Assembly: GCF_004010195.1 (NCBI RefSeq)
Contig: NC_057721.1
Coordinates: 19,134,327 to 19,198,326, forward strand
From: Chiloscyllium plagiosum
Taxonomy: Eukaryota
DNA length: 64,000 nucleotides
Direction: 5' to 3'
The notes beneath the pieces were generated by a model. The model saw nothing but the letters and a program-made list of their open reading frames with translations. It was not told the origin of the DNA and made no database searches. Position numbers and translations under genes: made by a program. This document shows, in pieces, positions 1 through 11,250 of this stretch. Numbering within the stretch: position 1 is the first letter of the stretch; every line of letters begins with the position of its first letter.

Positions 1-23
1 AGAGGGCAGACGGGGGTGGGGGG

Positions 24-1895
24 TCACCACGCTGCCTCCCCGCCGTCGGGCTCCTGCCCGGGTGGCGGTGGGTCGAGCAGCTGCAGCACAGCGCACTGGG
101 TGCCGCACAGGGGCAGCGGCAGCTCGCCGGCCTCGCTCCAGCTGTCGGTGCGGGTGTCGTAGAGCACCGCGTCGGGGGCGGCCACCTCCCGGGAGCCGTG
201 CCACCTCTTGCCGCCCACCAGGTAGACGCGGGCGCCCAGCACCGCCAGGCCGTAGCAGGAGCGGTCGAAGCCGAGCAGGGGCCGCAGGCGGCGCCACTGG
301 CGGAGCCGGGGCTCGTAGCACTCGATGTCGCAGAAGGGCTCGTAGGTGCCGACGAAGGAGTAGAGGCGCTGGCCGACCGCCGCCATCTGATGGCCGAAGC
401 GGGCGATGCTCATGGGCGGGCAGCGGGCCCACTCCCCCCCGGTGGCGGTCCCCCCATCCTCCTCCTCCTCCTCCTCCCGGTAGGCGAACATGTCCGGGCT
501 GCTCTCCGCCTGGCCCCCGTGCCGCCCTCCGGACACGTACACGGTGCGGGCCTCCAGGTAAACCGCACACGCGTGTCCGTGCAGCGCCACCGGCAGCGGG
601 GGGGCGGCCTGCCAGGAGCCGCTGCTCGGGTCGTACAGCTCGGCGGTGGGCAGCGAGGGGTCGGCCTGGGGCGGGGAGCGGGAGCTCCCCCCGCGGCCGC
701 CCAGCGCCAGGATGCGGCCCCCGAGCACGCAGCAAGCGAACTGGGCCCGGGGGCTGGCCATGGCGCTGAGCGGGCTCCAGCGGCCGAAGCGCGGGTCGTA
801 GCGCCGGACCCGGCCGGTCACCGAGGCGCCGTCCCCGAGCTCCTCGCCGCCCAGCACGAACAGGAAGCCGGCCAGCACGCACACGCAGTGGTGCTGCAGC
901 CTGGGGCAGCGGCCCAGCGGCCTCCACTCGCCGGTGCTGGCGGTGAGCGCCCACAGGCGGTCCACGGCTCCGGCTCGGTCCCCGGGGCCCGCCGGCGGCG
1001 GCGGCGGCAGCAGGAGCCCGCCCACCGCCAGCAGCTGCCGCCGGCGGCCCCTCAGCGTGCTCTGGCGGCTCTGGCGGGCCGGCTGCGCCGCCTCGTCCCG
1101 GTGGTAGTCCAGGGCGGCGGAGACCAGCCGCCGGGCGGCGGGATCCAGGCGGGGCTCGGCCCGCAGGCGCCCCAGCTCGGCCGGGGCCAGCAGGCAGTAG
1201 CGGAGGGCGGGCAGCAGGCGCCGGGCGTGCGCCTCCCAGCGCCGCTCGTCCCGGCCGAGCCAGGCCAGCAGCAGCCGCAGCAGCTCGCCCTCCGGCACGC
1301 CGTCCAGCTCGGCGTCGCACTCGAGCACCGCCCGCAGCGAGTCTCCGTTGAGCTCCAGCAGCCCGCTGGCCTCGGCGCCCTCCTCCCGCAGCAGCCGCCG
1401 CAGCCGCGCCGCGATGTAGCGCTCGGCCTGGCGCTGAGCGTCGGGCAGCGCGAAGCGGGCCGCCACGTTGGCCGCCCGGCAGCAGCCGCCGGGGCTCAGG
1501 CTGCTCACCAGGTAGCGGGAGCAGAGCTGCACCGCCCCGGGCACCTGCAGGTACCGCGCCGTCTCCAGGGTCTGCGGCAGGCTGTCGGGCGACAGCGGCA
1601 GGCACGCGTTGTAGATGAAGTCGAGCACCCGGCGCAGTCCGCCCGCCGACACCGCGGGCAGGTGCACCACGCCGGCCTTGGACTCGCGGGTGTGCTCCCG
1701 GAACATGCCCCTGAAGTAGTCGCTGGCGCAGGCCAGCAGCGAGCGGTGCGCCGCGAACTCGCTGCCCTCGGCCACCAGCACGACGTCGCACAGCAGCCGC
1801 TCCTGCCGCAGGCTCTGGTACCGCGACAGCACCGACTCGCCGTGCGTGGGCGACAGCGCCAGGAAGTAGCTCGCCGCCTGCTCCCCGCTCGACAT
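24..1895 (-). CDS. KLHL34: Kelch-like protein 34-like (BTB-BACK-Kelch, CUL3 adaptor family), single coding exon, 623 aa from ATG 1895
   Basis: Translation SYFLALSPTHG...LCDVVLVAEGSEFAAHRSLLACASDYFR (BTB), AANVAARF, kelch repeats FLFVLGGE, RYDPRF, LPVALHGHA, ARFGHQMA, YEPF, CYGLAV, CAVLQL resemble human KLHL34 as I recall it. First ATG is 1895 (the ORF track start at 1994 is GTG); TGA at 24-26. SMPX is adjacent on the same strand, as on human Xp22. Confidence 0.88.
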   Translation of the reverse strand: MSSGEQAASYFLALSPTHGESVLSRYQSLRQERLLCDVVLVAEGSEFAAHRSLLACASDYFRGMFREHTRESKAGVVHLPAVSAGGLRRVLDFIYNACLPLSPDSLPQTLETARYLQVPGAVQLCSRYLVSSLSPGGCCRAANVAARFALPDAQRQAERYIAARLRRLLREEGAEASGLLELNGDSLRAVLECDAELDGVPEGELLRLLLAWLGRDERRWEAHARRLLPALRYCLLAPAELGRLRAEPRLDPAARRLVSAALDYHRDEAAQPARQSRQSTLRGRRRQLLAVGGLLLPPPPPAGPGDRAGAVDRLWALTASTGEWRPLGRCPRLQHHCVCVLAGFLFVLGGEELGDGASVTGRVRRYDPRFGRWSPLSAMASPRAQFACCVLGGRILALGGRGGSSRSPPQADPSLPTAELYDPSSGSWQAAPPLPVALHGHACAVYLEARTVYVSGGRHGGQAESSPDMFAYREEEEEEDGGTATGGEWARCPPMSIARFGHQMAAVGQRLYSFVGTYEPFCDIECYEPRLRQWRRLRPLLGFDRSCYGLAVLGARVYLVGGKRWHGSREVAAPDAVLYDTRTDSWSEAGELPLPLCGTQCAVLQLLDPPPPGQEPDGGEAAW

Positions 1896-2039
1896 CCAAC
1901 TTCCCCCCCTGCTGCTGCCTCCGCCGCCGGTCACTCCGCTTCCCCACCCCCTCCCTCCGGGGGGTGCACTGGCTTCCAGCCAAGCTCCGGCCACACTAAT
2001 GGGAAGGTCACGGTCAGAGGGAGACGCCTCACCCCGAGA

Positions 2040-2168
2040 GCTGATGTCCCTGCACCGCCGCTGCTGAGCTTTCTCCCATGATGTGCAAGTAAACCTGTTG
2101 GACTATAACCTGGTGTTGAGTGATTTTAAACTTTGTTCACCACAGTACCAACACCGGCACCTCCAAAT
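2040..2168 (+). repeat. Decayed Penelope-type terminal repeat fragment
   Basis: aaacctgttggactataacctggtgttg...caacaccggcacctcca is shared with 38608-38650 and, inverted, 52990-53049. Confidence 0.55.
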
Positions 2169-2279
2169 CGACCGACCAACTTCTGCCGCCAATTCAAGGT
2201 GCAACCTCTCTCCTCCACGCTTTTTGTTTTGTACGTACTATGTATAAAAGGTATCAAATCCACACGAAGCCATTCCCGC

Positions 2280-2720
2280 CCATCATCACCATTCGCCTCT
2301 CATAGACCATCCTGCACAAGTTGGCCTGGTCCACGCGTTAAAAGCAAAACAGCTCTCGGTCCCAGCTCGCAGTCTTGTCAATGCATGATCAATCCCCGTC
2401 AGTGCGTTTTGATCGTGAGTCCGGAGGGGTTTTTTTTCTGTGCAATATCGCCGCCCCTTTGCCTTTTCACTGGGCTCCCCGACGGGAAAACTTTCTGGCA
2501 CCGGAGTCCGTTTACGGTTGCCTCTTAAAAACCTTCTCGCGGTGTTGTTGCGGACCGGAATAGAAACAACAATGAAAAGAAGTCGGGGGTCCGGTTTGTT
2601 GAAGGTCCGCCGCACTTTGGAGGTGATTTTCGCCGAGCGTTCCCTCTGTAGTACTCGCTGCTTGAGGCTGTTGTTAGCGGACACCGAGGAGAAGTTGTTG
2701 ACGGGCTAAAATGAAGGAGT
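2280..2720. promoter_or_regulatory. CpG-rich region upstream of KLHL34, candidate promoter / non-coding first exon
   Basis: Many CpGs in unique sequence. A minus-strand acceptor-like sequence (ctgaccgtgaccttcccattag|, exon starting 1995) suggests an upstream UTR exon. Confidence 0.4.
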
Positions 2721-4214
2721 GTGCAGCATAAAGCCCATCAATGACCTGTGGGACTGAATGGCCTGACTCCATGCTGTTGACTCTGTGAAATGCGCACGGG
2801 GATGTTGGCATAAATCCTGACACAATGAGGGCGCTAATGTGTACCATCCTCACACTGGAACTGTATCTCATCTCACTGGGAAGGTTATAAATAATCCCCC
2901 TCAATCAGGAATCATAATGCCCTTGAGTAATCCAAGTTATTTCTGTGCGGAAGATTTGTTTGTTTTCTGAAAGGTTCTGTATCTAACGGCCTTCAGTCGG
3001 CGAAAAGTTTGAGTTTCACGCTGTACAACGAGGGAGGGCTGGTTTAGAATTTCGCTGCATTTAATTCACAGGAAAATCTCCCGCGCTGCAGAGAACGAGG
3101 CTGTTCAGCACATCCTGTGTGTGTCGATGCTGTACTCTGTAGAACAATCCAGTCAGTCCCGTTTCTCTCCACACTTTAGTGCGAAGATCTCTCACTGGAG
3201 CTATCAGTATATAGATCTTCAACATTAACATGAGTGTGTATGTTGTAATACTTGATACAATGATTTCTGCGCTTCTCTTTGGATGGGAATAACATTTTAG
3301 AATTGGAAGACATTTTAGAAACATTTTTAAGGAAACACTCGTCTCCCGTAGTTAAACATTGTTCATTTTAGAATCAAATTAACAACGTGTCTTGCTTTAA
3401 ATTTATTTTTACTGTTTAATAATGTGTTTGGCTTCTACGATTGGAGACTTGGGGGGAAGTCCTAAAATGGCAAGTGTGAACATCAGCATTATCAATATTC
3501 GGTATGTTTTCTTTTCCCAAGTAAAGATTCGGCAGTTAACTGTTGATGAGAGCTACATAAAAATAACTTGCTGGCAATTGTCCATCACTCAAGTTTACTT
3601 TCCAGTTTTGGGCTGGATTCCCTGTGGTGTAACATTCCCTTGTGGAAATTGGACATTATTTTGCCAGTGAAGAGGGTATTCTGCCTTTTTTGCCTGTTGG
3701 TTTTATTGGAGGCACGTGGAGAATTCGTGACAGTATAGTCTTTGGCCTGAAAGACAAGTCGAAAGTAGGTATCAGACCAAATAAAAATGCAGCGTGAAAA
3801 AGGCATTGGTGCTGCAATCGGTTAGAACAAGAATGTCTTTTGTAATTCATGTTTTCCAGGTAAGATGATGCAAAATGTTCAAGGCCCTAAATAAATGGCA
3901 GTAGTTAACCAGGGAGGACAGACGTGAAGACATGTGCTTAACCCCACCGACAGAGGGCTGTATCTATATCGCTGAACAGGTTGGTTAGGAAAATATAAGT
4001 TAGATAAAGAAATGAATGACAATCAATGGCTTCCTATGTGTCTGCTTTGGAGACTGGGTGTCTGGAAAATACCCCCGGTCTTCTGTTTTTACTGACGCAC
4101 GTCTGCCCCCATGCCATCTCACGTTGCTTGTGTTCGTCAGGAAATGTTGAACTACCCTTGCACACTCGCTAATATGTTCTGGTATCTCGCTCATTACCAA
4201 CTTTCATCGCTCAG

Positions 4215-4870
4215 TGTTGAGTACAGAAGATGGAACGTGCTCTTGCGGTTAGACAGTACGTTGGTGAGGTTCGCTTCTGGAGTACTGTGTACAATTCTGG
4301 TTGCCCTGCTATAGGAAGAATGCTATTAAACTGGATAGCTGCAAAAAAGATTTCCAAAGACGTTACCGGGACTGGAGGAGCAGGCAAGTGCAACTAGTTT
4401 AATTTGGGAAACTTGGTCACCAATTGGGCGGAAGGGTCAATTTCTGTGCTCTGTGACTCTGTGAAAGGCTGAATAGTCTGGGATTTTTTTTCCCTGGAAC
4501 GCAGAAGATTAAAGGGGTGACCTTATGAAATCATGAGGGGGCATAAATAAGATGAGTTGCCAAAGTCTTTTCCTGAAGGTAGGGTAGTTCAAAACTAGTG
4601 GGCATGTTTCTCAGATGAGAGGAGAAAAAGTTAAAAGGAACCCAAGGGGAAACGTTTATAGACAGAGGATGGCTGGTAAATGGAATGAACTTCCAGAAGT
4701 GCTAGATGCAGGTGCAGATACGACATTTAAAAGACATTTGGAGAGGTACGTGATCAAGAAGGGTTTAGAGAGATATGGGCCAAATACAGGCATGTGGACT
4801 AGGTTTGGAAACTTAGTCGGCATAGATGGGTTGCACCGAAGGTCTGTTTCTGTGCTGTCTGACACTAAGT
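4215..4870 (+). mobile_element. CR1 LINE 3' fragments
   Basis: Translation WNELPEV...TFKRHLERY...YGPN and the CR1 3' UTR shared with other copies. Confidence 0.8.
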
Positions 4871-5166
4871 AACTTCCCCTCCCTTCAGCCACATTGATCT
4901 GCATCTTCTGAATTTATGCTTCCAAAATATCAAACAATTGTCAATTGACAAGCTAATTGTGCTGTGGGCTGATACAGCAGAAACATCATCACTGGCCCTG
5001 GGGAAAGCTCAGAGGGTCCCAACTGAATATGGAACTGAGTCAGTAGACACAGGGCACTGAGAGTATGGTGTGATCCAGCTGGGTGATCACCAGACCAGTC
5101 AGGACCTGGCTTTGTGGATCATTGTTTTATTGGTTTTAAGGAAGAGTCGCTGAAACATAAATAGGC

Positions 5167-6888
5167 TCTCCTGCCTTGTTTGTGTGCTGCATAGAGCCAT
5201 TTGCCGAGTCCATCAGGAAGGATGCGAGCCTGAGGGGGTGACTATTCCTGGCAGCGGGGGCCTGCAGGTTAAGGCCTCCCTGTACATGGATGACATCGCC
5301 GTTTTCTGCTCGAATCCGCTGTCCATGCACAAACTCATGTGCATATGTGACCAGTTCGAACGGGCCTCGGGAGCCAAGGTAAACCGAGGCAAGAGCGAGG
5401 CCATGCTCTTCGGGAACTGGGCCAACGAATCCTCGATCACCTTCACCTTCAGGACTGACCACTTGAGGGTGCTGGGTATTTGGTTCGGGGGGGCTGGGGC
5501 GTGTGCCAAGTCTTGGGAGATGCATATCAGCAAAGTGAGGCAGAAACCGGGTAGATGGAAGCTACGGTCGCTCTCCATCGTGGGAAAAAACCTGGTCATC
5601 AGGTGTGAGGCACTGTCATTGCTGTTATACGTGGCACAGGTCTGGCCTATTCCCAGAACCTGTGCCGCTGCAGTCACCCGGGCCATCTTCCAATTTATAT
5701 GGAGGTCAAAGATGGACTGGGTCCGAAAGGACTCGATGTATAAAGATCTCGGCAACAGGGGAAAAAATACACCCAATGCCACCCTCACCCTGATGGCCAC
5801 CTTTGTGTGTGGCTGCATCAAGCTGTGCGTGGATCCCCGGTACGCAAACACCTAGTGTCACTATGTACTGAGGTTCTACCTGTCACCGGTGTTGCAAAGG
5901 ATGGGCCTAGCCTCACTGCCGTGGAATGCTCTGAGTAGTTGGACCGTTCCGTATCACCTGTCCTTTGTGGAGAAGTTTATGAAGAAAAACACCTTTGACC
6001 ACAAGTCCATCAGGAATTGGTCAGCACGTAGTGTCCTTGAGACCCTTCGGGAAAAGGAGAGAGCGGATCCTATCGAGCGGTTCCCTGAGCAGACTGTCAA
6101 AGCCATTTGGCAGAATGCCTCATCGCCAGAACTTTCCAACAAGCACCAAGACATGGCTTGGCTGGTGGTAAGAAGGGCTCTGCCTGTGAGATCCTATATG
6201 CACGCCCGGACTCTCAGCCGCAACGCACGCTGCCCTCGAAGNNNNNNNNNNNNNNNNNNNNNNNNNNNNNNNNNNNNNNNNNNNNNNNNNNNNNNNNNNN
6301 NNNNNNNNNNNNNNNNNNNNNNNNNNNNNNNNNNNNNNNNNNNNNNNNNNNNNNNNNNNNNNNNNNNNNNNNNNNNNNNNNNNNNNNNNNNNNNNNNNNN
6401 NNNNNNNNNNNNNNNNNNNNNNNNNNNNNNNNNNNNNNNNNNNNNNNNNNNNNNNNNNNNNNNNNNNNNNNNNNNNNNNNNNNNNNNNNNNNNNNNNNNN
6501 NNNNNNNNNNNNNNNNNNNNNNNNNNNNNNNNNNNNNNNNNNNNNNNNNNNNNNNNNNNNNNNNNNNNNNNNNNNNNNNNNNNNNNNNNNNNNNNNNNNN
6601 NNNNNNNNNNNNNNNNNNNNNNNNNNNNNNNNNNNNNNNNNNNNNNNNNNNNNNNNNNNNNNNNNNNNNNNNNNNNNNNNNNNNNNNNNNNNNNNNNNNN
6701 NNNNNNNNCAACACAGGTAAAGGTCTGCTGACGCCTCAGCTAAATATGTAATCGTATAGACCTGTATATATGAATGATTACTCTGTCTCTGTATACCAAG
6801 AAATGGAATGTTTACGGATGTATAGCATGACCAATTGTACAGATCATCAAAATATTTTATGAATAAAGTATATGTTTGAAATAAAAAA
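5167..6888 (+). mobile_element. 5'-truncated Tx1 (L1-clade) LINE, RT and C-terminal ORF2, partly in an N-gap
   Basis: RT motif SLYMDD, FERASGAKVNRGKSE, LGIWF, WKLRSLSIVGKNLVI; one stop at 5853; AATAAA plus A-tail at about 6862-6888; 10-bp TSD ataaataggc at 5157-5166 and 6889-6898. Confidence 0.85.
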
Positions 6889-7399
6889 ATAAATAGGCAA
6901 TGTGGCGGATTTTGCTTTAACAACAAAAGCAACGTTTATTATAAAAGATAGCAGGATAGAATAATTAAGGTACCTACTTCCAATACATATTGAAATATTT
7001 GAAGCATACAGTAAAAATGTAATCACATTAATCCTAAAACACTCCTTTCTAAATTGAAAATAAACTAAACAGCTTTCATGCAGTACCCAAAACACCACCT
7101 CTGGTACGATTCTCAAAATTCCATTCCTGTTACAGTTTCCAAAAGCATCACTCCTATAATGTTTACCCTGGAATCATTGTATCTAACACCACTGTAAATT
7201 CAAGTCACTTGCAACTTCAACTTTTAAACTGGAACTTTGACAGCGTCTTCCTGGAGCTATCACCTGCACTCAATATACTTCTTTTAAACCACTTCCAGGT
7301 TTTCGTTCTAACAATTTTGTCTGGGACTAATTCACTAAATCTCTCATTTTATTCTTGGGTGTACTGCTGTGACCTCTGAAAGTGTGATAGCATTCAACT

Positions 7400-9085
7400 T
7401 TCCATGATAGCCACAGTACCAGTGCTCTTGTTATCGCCAGTGAATCAGCCAGTCCAGACTACTGAAATCTGTGCCAAGTCAATGCAGTTCAAATCCAGGC
7501 CTTCAAGGCTTGTGGGTGCCTCAGGCCCTTCCACATTTGCATCCTGCTCTGTCGAAAGTCAGTGGTCTTCAGTGGTAGCACTGCATAGGAGCACCAAGCT
7601 AGGCAAAGACACAAGAAGAACTACGAATAAGGGACCGGAAGTTGAGCACTGCAATGGAACATCAGTGTTTTTCGATGATGTTGGTATTGAATGGTTTCTT
7701 CATGGTGACATTTATTTCACCATAGTGGCCAAAAGGACACTAGACCCATCCATCAGAGAGGGATGGAAATGTATAGAACTGTTGTGTGTGGGGTTCCATT
7801 CAGTAGAACTGGGGTCTAACCAATCCTCATGTACAGTGTGTATGTGCTGGTTGCCTGGTCCCTTTCTTCTCCTCTTCCCCCATTTCCGCTACCACTTGTG
7901 TTGGCAAAAGCTGGACTGTCATCATTTCCAGGTTGTGGAGAATGCAACAGACCATTGCAGAGCAGGATTTCTGCTTCACTGAGTACCATGGCTTCTTTTG
8001 AAACAGTTGAGGAAATAGAATTGTTCATATATAACCCCAACTGAAATTTTTCTCACATTTACCCAAGGCAGCATTGCTGTCTTACGAATGCTCGCCCTGT
8101 GCTGGAGTGTGGAGAGAAGTCAACACCATGTGTAGTGTGGACAACTCTTGACACTGAGCTGCTGATCCTTTGGTTCAACATGGTGGTGGAAAGATTGCTG
8201 GATCAGCAACTGGCTTGGAATAAATGGACTATGAATGATGCTAAGATGAGGATGGGATGGGCATTATCACACATCAATGTTCCTTTTAAGTTACTCTAGT
8301 GCACAACCATGTAGTGAGTGGGAAACAAAAATAGAAATTGATGGAAAAGCTCAGCAGGTCTAGCAGCATCTAGGGAGAGACATCAGAGTTAACATTTCAG
8401 GTCCAGTGACAATTCTTCAGAAGGGTCTGATCTGACGAAGGGTCACTGGTCCTGAAACATTAACTCTGATTTCTCTGCACAGATGCTGCCAGACCTGCTG
8501 AGCTTTTCCAGCAATTTTTGTTTTTTGTCTCTGATTTACAGCATCTGCAGTTGGTTCAGTGTAGATGTGGTGAGTGGGAATGTGTTGTGCATGGAGCAAA
8601 CAGATCATGCACAGATAATTTTTACTTGATGATACACTCATGCTTGATTCTGTATGGAGTTACACAATGCAACAGGTGGGCCACACACAGCAAGCAACAG
8701 TTAAAGGGAACATCATTACACATCCATTGTGTGGTAAGTGAATGGTAAGTATGTTTTGCAGTATATATACATCACAATATAGGTATACAGCTCCTTCAGA
8801 ACTAAGGATAAATTCTCTGCTGGCATACAGTTTCTGATATCTCCTGGGTGTAATGTTGGCTGGTGAACTGAGAGATGTTAACTATGTCTCGAGTCCCAGC
8901 CAGGAAGGATTTGTACATGAGACATTTCCAAGCCATGGTCACCTTGAGGGCCAGTGGCAGCGACATGCTGACCCCCTTCTGAGGCTGCAGCTCTGATTCT
9001 AGGGCATAGCAAAGTTCTGTGACCACGTCCTCTGCGAATTGAAGTTGCCAAAAGCACTGCTGCTAACTTCGTTATAAGCCAGAAA
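7400..9085 (-). mobile_element. Decayed PIF/Harbinger transposase (HARBI1-like)
   Basis: 8802-9026 reads VTELCYALESELQP...SLPLALKVTMA...SFLAGTRDIVNISQ (Harbinger HTH region); 7929-7955 reads MVCCILHNL (C-terminal DDE_Tnp_4 motif). Boundaries approximate. Confidence 0.65.
8325..8564. mobile_element. Palindromic Penelope-derived short element with hammerhead core
   Basis: Imperfect inverted arms; CTGACGA...GAAAC at 8432-8458; flanking near-duplication atgtagtgagtgggaa (8309-8324) and atgtggtgagtgggaa (8565-8580). Confidence 0.7.
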
Positions 9086-9089
9086 ACTA

Positions 9090-9400
9090 TTAGAGTCATA
9101 GAGCTATACAGCATGGCAACAGACCCTTCAGTCCAACCAGATATCCTAAATTCATCTGGTCCCATTTGCAAGTATTCGGCCCATTTCCCTCTAAACCCTT
9201 CCTGTTCATTTACCCATCAAGGTGCCTTTTAAATGTTGTAATTTTACCAGCCTCCATACTTGTTCTGGTAGCTCAATCGATATACGCACCATGCTCTGTG
9301 TGAAAAAGTTGTTCCTGAAATCCCTTTAAATCTTTCCCCTCTCACCTTAAACCTGTGCCCTCTAGTATTGGACTCCTGTGAAAAGGACCTTGGCTATTCA
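9090..9400 (-). mobile_element. CR1 LINE 3' end
   Basis: Same 3' UTR (agagtcatagag...gacccttcagtccaac) as other young CR1 copies. Confidence 0.75.
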
Positions 9401-9806
9401 CCTGATCATTGGTCTGGCCTCCACAATTCTCGTGGTAATTCCAGATATTCATTGCCACTTGGGAGAAGACGTTCCTTCATATTTCAGTTTGAAATGAGTG
9501 TTTACTTATTCTGTAACTCTGTTAAGGATTCCCCAAATCTTCTCAATATGACACACCCCCTCAGAGCCTTGACTGTTTCAATAAGGTCACAGCTCATTTT
9601 CTTAACTCTAATGAATAAAGGCCTAACCTGTTTAGCTGTTCTTGACCCTTCCATCCCAGGAATCAGCCCAGTGAATCTCTCTTTTAAACTGCCGCCAAAG
9701 CCTATATATCCTTTCTAAATACAGAGTCAAAACCTGTACACATTACTTGAGAATCAGCTTCACCAAGAACCCTGAACAACTATAACAAGACTTCCCTATT
9801 TCTGTA

Positions 9807-10021
9807 CTGAAAATGTGTTGCTGGAAAAGCGCAGCAGGTCAGGCAGCATCCAGGGAACAGGAGAATCGACGTTTCGGGCATAAGCCCTTCTTCATTCCTG
9901 AAGAAGGGCTTATGCCCGAAACGTCGATTCTCCTGTTCCCTGGATGCTGCCTGACCTGCTGCGCTTTTCCAGCAACACATTTTCAGCTCTGATCTCCAGC
10001 ATCTGCAGACCTCACTTTCTC
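9807..10021. mobile_element. Young perfect-palindrome Penelope-derived element
   Basis: 88-bp perfect inverted arms 9807-9894 and 9899-9986, 4-nt loop; perfect 16-bp TSD cttccctatttctgta at 9791-9806 and 10022-10037. Confidence 0.88.
9898..9925 (+). ncRNA. Minimal type I hammerhead ribozyme core
   Basis: CUGAAGA-A-GGGC(UUAU)GCCC-GAAAC-GUC: conserved core boxes, stem II, palindromic ACGU in place of stem III; stem I weak. Confidence 0.6.
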
Positions 10022-10219
10022 CTTCCCTATTTCTGTATTCCATCCAACCAGCAATAAAAGCCAAAATTCCATCGGCCTCCTTAATTACTTGCTGCACCAA
10101 AATGCTAATGTTTTGTATTACATTCATGTGAACACCTAGATGCCTCTGTCCTGCCTCTTTTGGAGTGGGCCTTCATTTATTTAATAGTCTGCTTTTTGGT
10201 TCTTCATACCAAATCTCAC

Positions 10220-11250
10220 AGCAAGAAAGTTCTATACCATGGAATAAAAGGCACAGTGGCAAAATAGAAGCAAAATTGGCCAAGTGATAGGAAGCAGCAA
10301 GTAATAATGGATTTTATTTCATGGCTGGAGGAAGGTTCATAATGGAATACCCCAGGGGTCAGCATTGGGACCGTTTTAGTGATATATATTAATGTTCTAC
10401 ATCTTGAGGTCAGGGGACTAGCAAAAGGAAATCGAAAAGTTGGTGGATTGTACAGATAGGTAGCAGATGAGGTTCAACACAGAGAAGTGTGAGGTGATGA
10501 TGTTTAGTAGAAAGAACATTTAAAGGCAATACAGATCAGGGATACAAGTCTAAAGAGAGAATAGGAGAGTGTATATGTGCACAGATCATTGAAGCTGGCA
10601 GGGCAGGTGGAGAGAACAGTTCTTAGATTATACAGTGTCCTTGGCTCTAATGATAGGGGCAGAGAGTACTCGAGGAAAGAAATGATGTTGAACTTGTAAA
10701 AGGCACCTGTTTAACTTCAGCTGGAATATTATGTACAGTTCTGGATGCTATGTTATAGGAAAGATGTAAATACATTGTAGAAAGTGCAGAAGCATAGTTC
10801 CAGGGATGTGGAATTTAGTTATGTATGTAGATTGAAGAAGTTGGGACTATTTGCTTTGTAAAGAAGCAGACTAAAGAGAATTGATAGTGATTTTTAAACT
10901 CATGAATGGGCTGGTTAGAGTAGATCGGGAGAAATTGTTCCCACTTGGAAAAGGAGCAAAAAGAAGATGACATAGATTTGCAAAAGGTGCAAATGTGATC
11001 TGAGAAAAAAATCTTTCACACGGTGAGTGGTTAGGTTTGAATTGTCCTGCCTGGAAATGTCATGAAGGCAGTTTCAATTGAGAGCTTCAGGTGGGCATTA
11101 GATGATCATGTGGACAGAAATAATGTGCAAATAATGGGGGACAAAAATGATAATGGCTCTTGGTAATGAGGCTCATTTGAAGAGCTGGAACAGGTACGAT
11201 GGACCAGACAGCCCACTATGCTATAACTCTTTAGTGTGTCTGTGATTCCT
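10220..11250 (+). mobile_element. Old CR1 LINE fragment
   Basis: Degenerate CR1 RT and C-terminal sequence (aagtgtgaggtgatg, ctggaatattatgtacagttctgg). Confidence 0.65.

Noticed and set aside
1896-1994. N-terminal extension of KLHL34 in the ORF track
   Set aside because: Begins at GTG; homology starts just after ATG 1895.
198-2081. 627-aa ORF antisense to KLHL34 (and the 62-769 ORF)
   Set aside because: Expected shadow ORFs from extreme GC codon bias; low-complexity translation with no recognisable domain.
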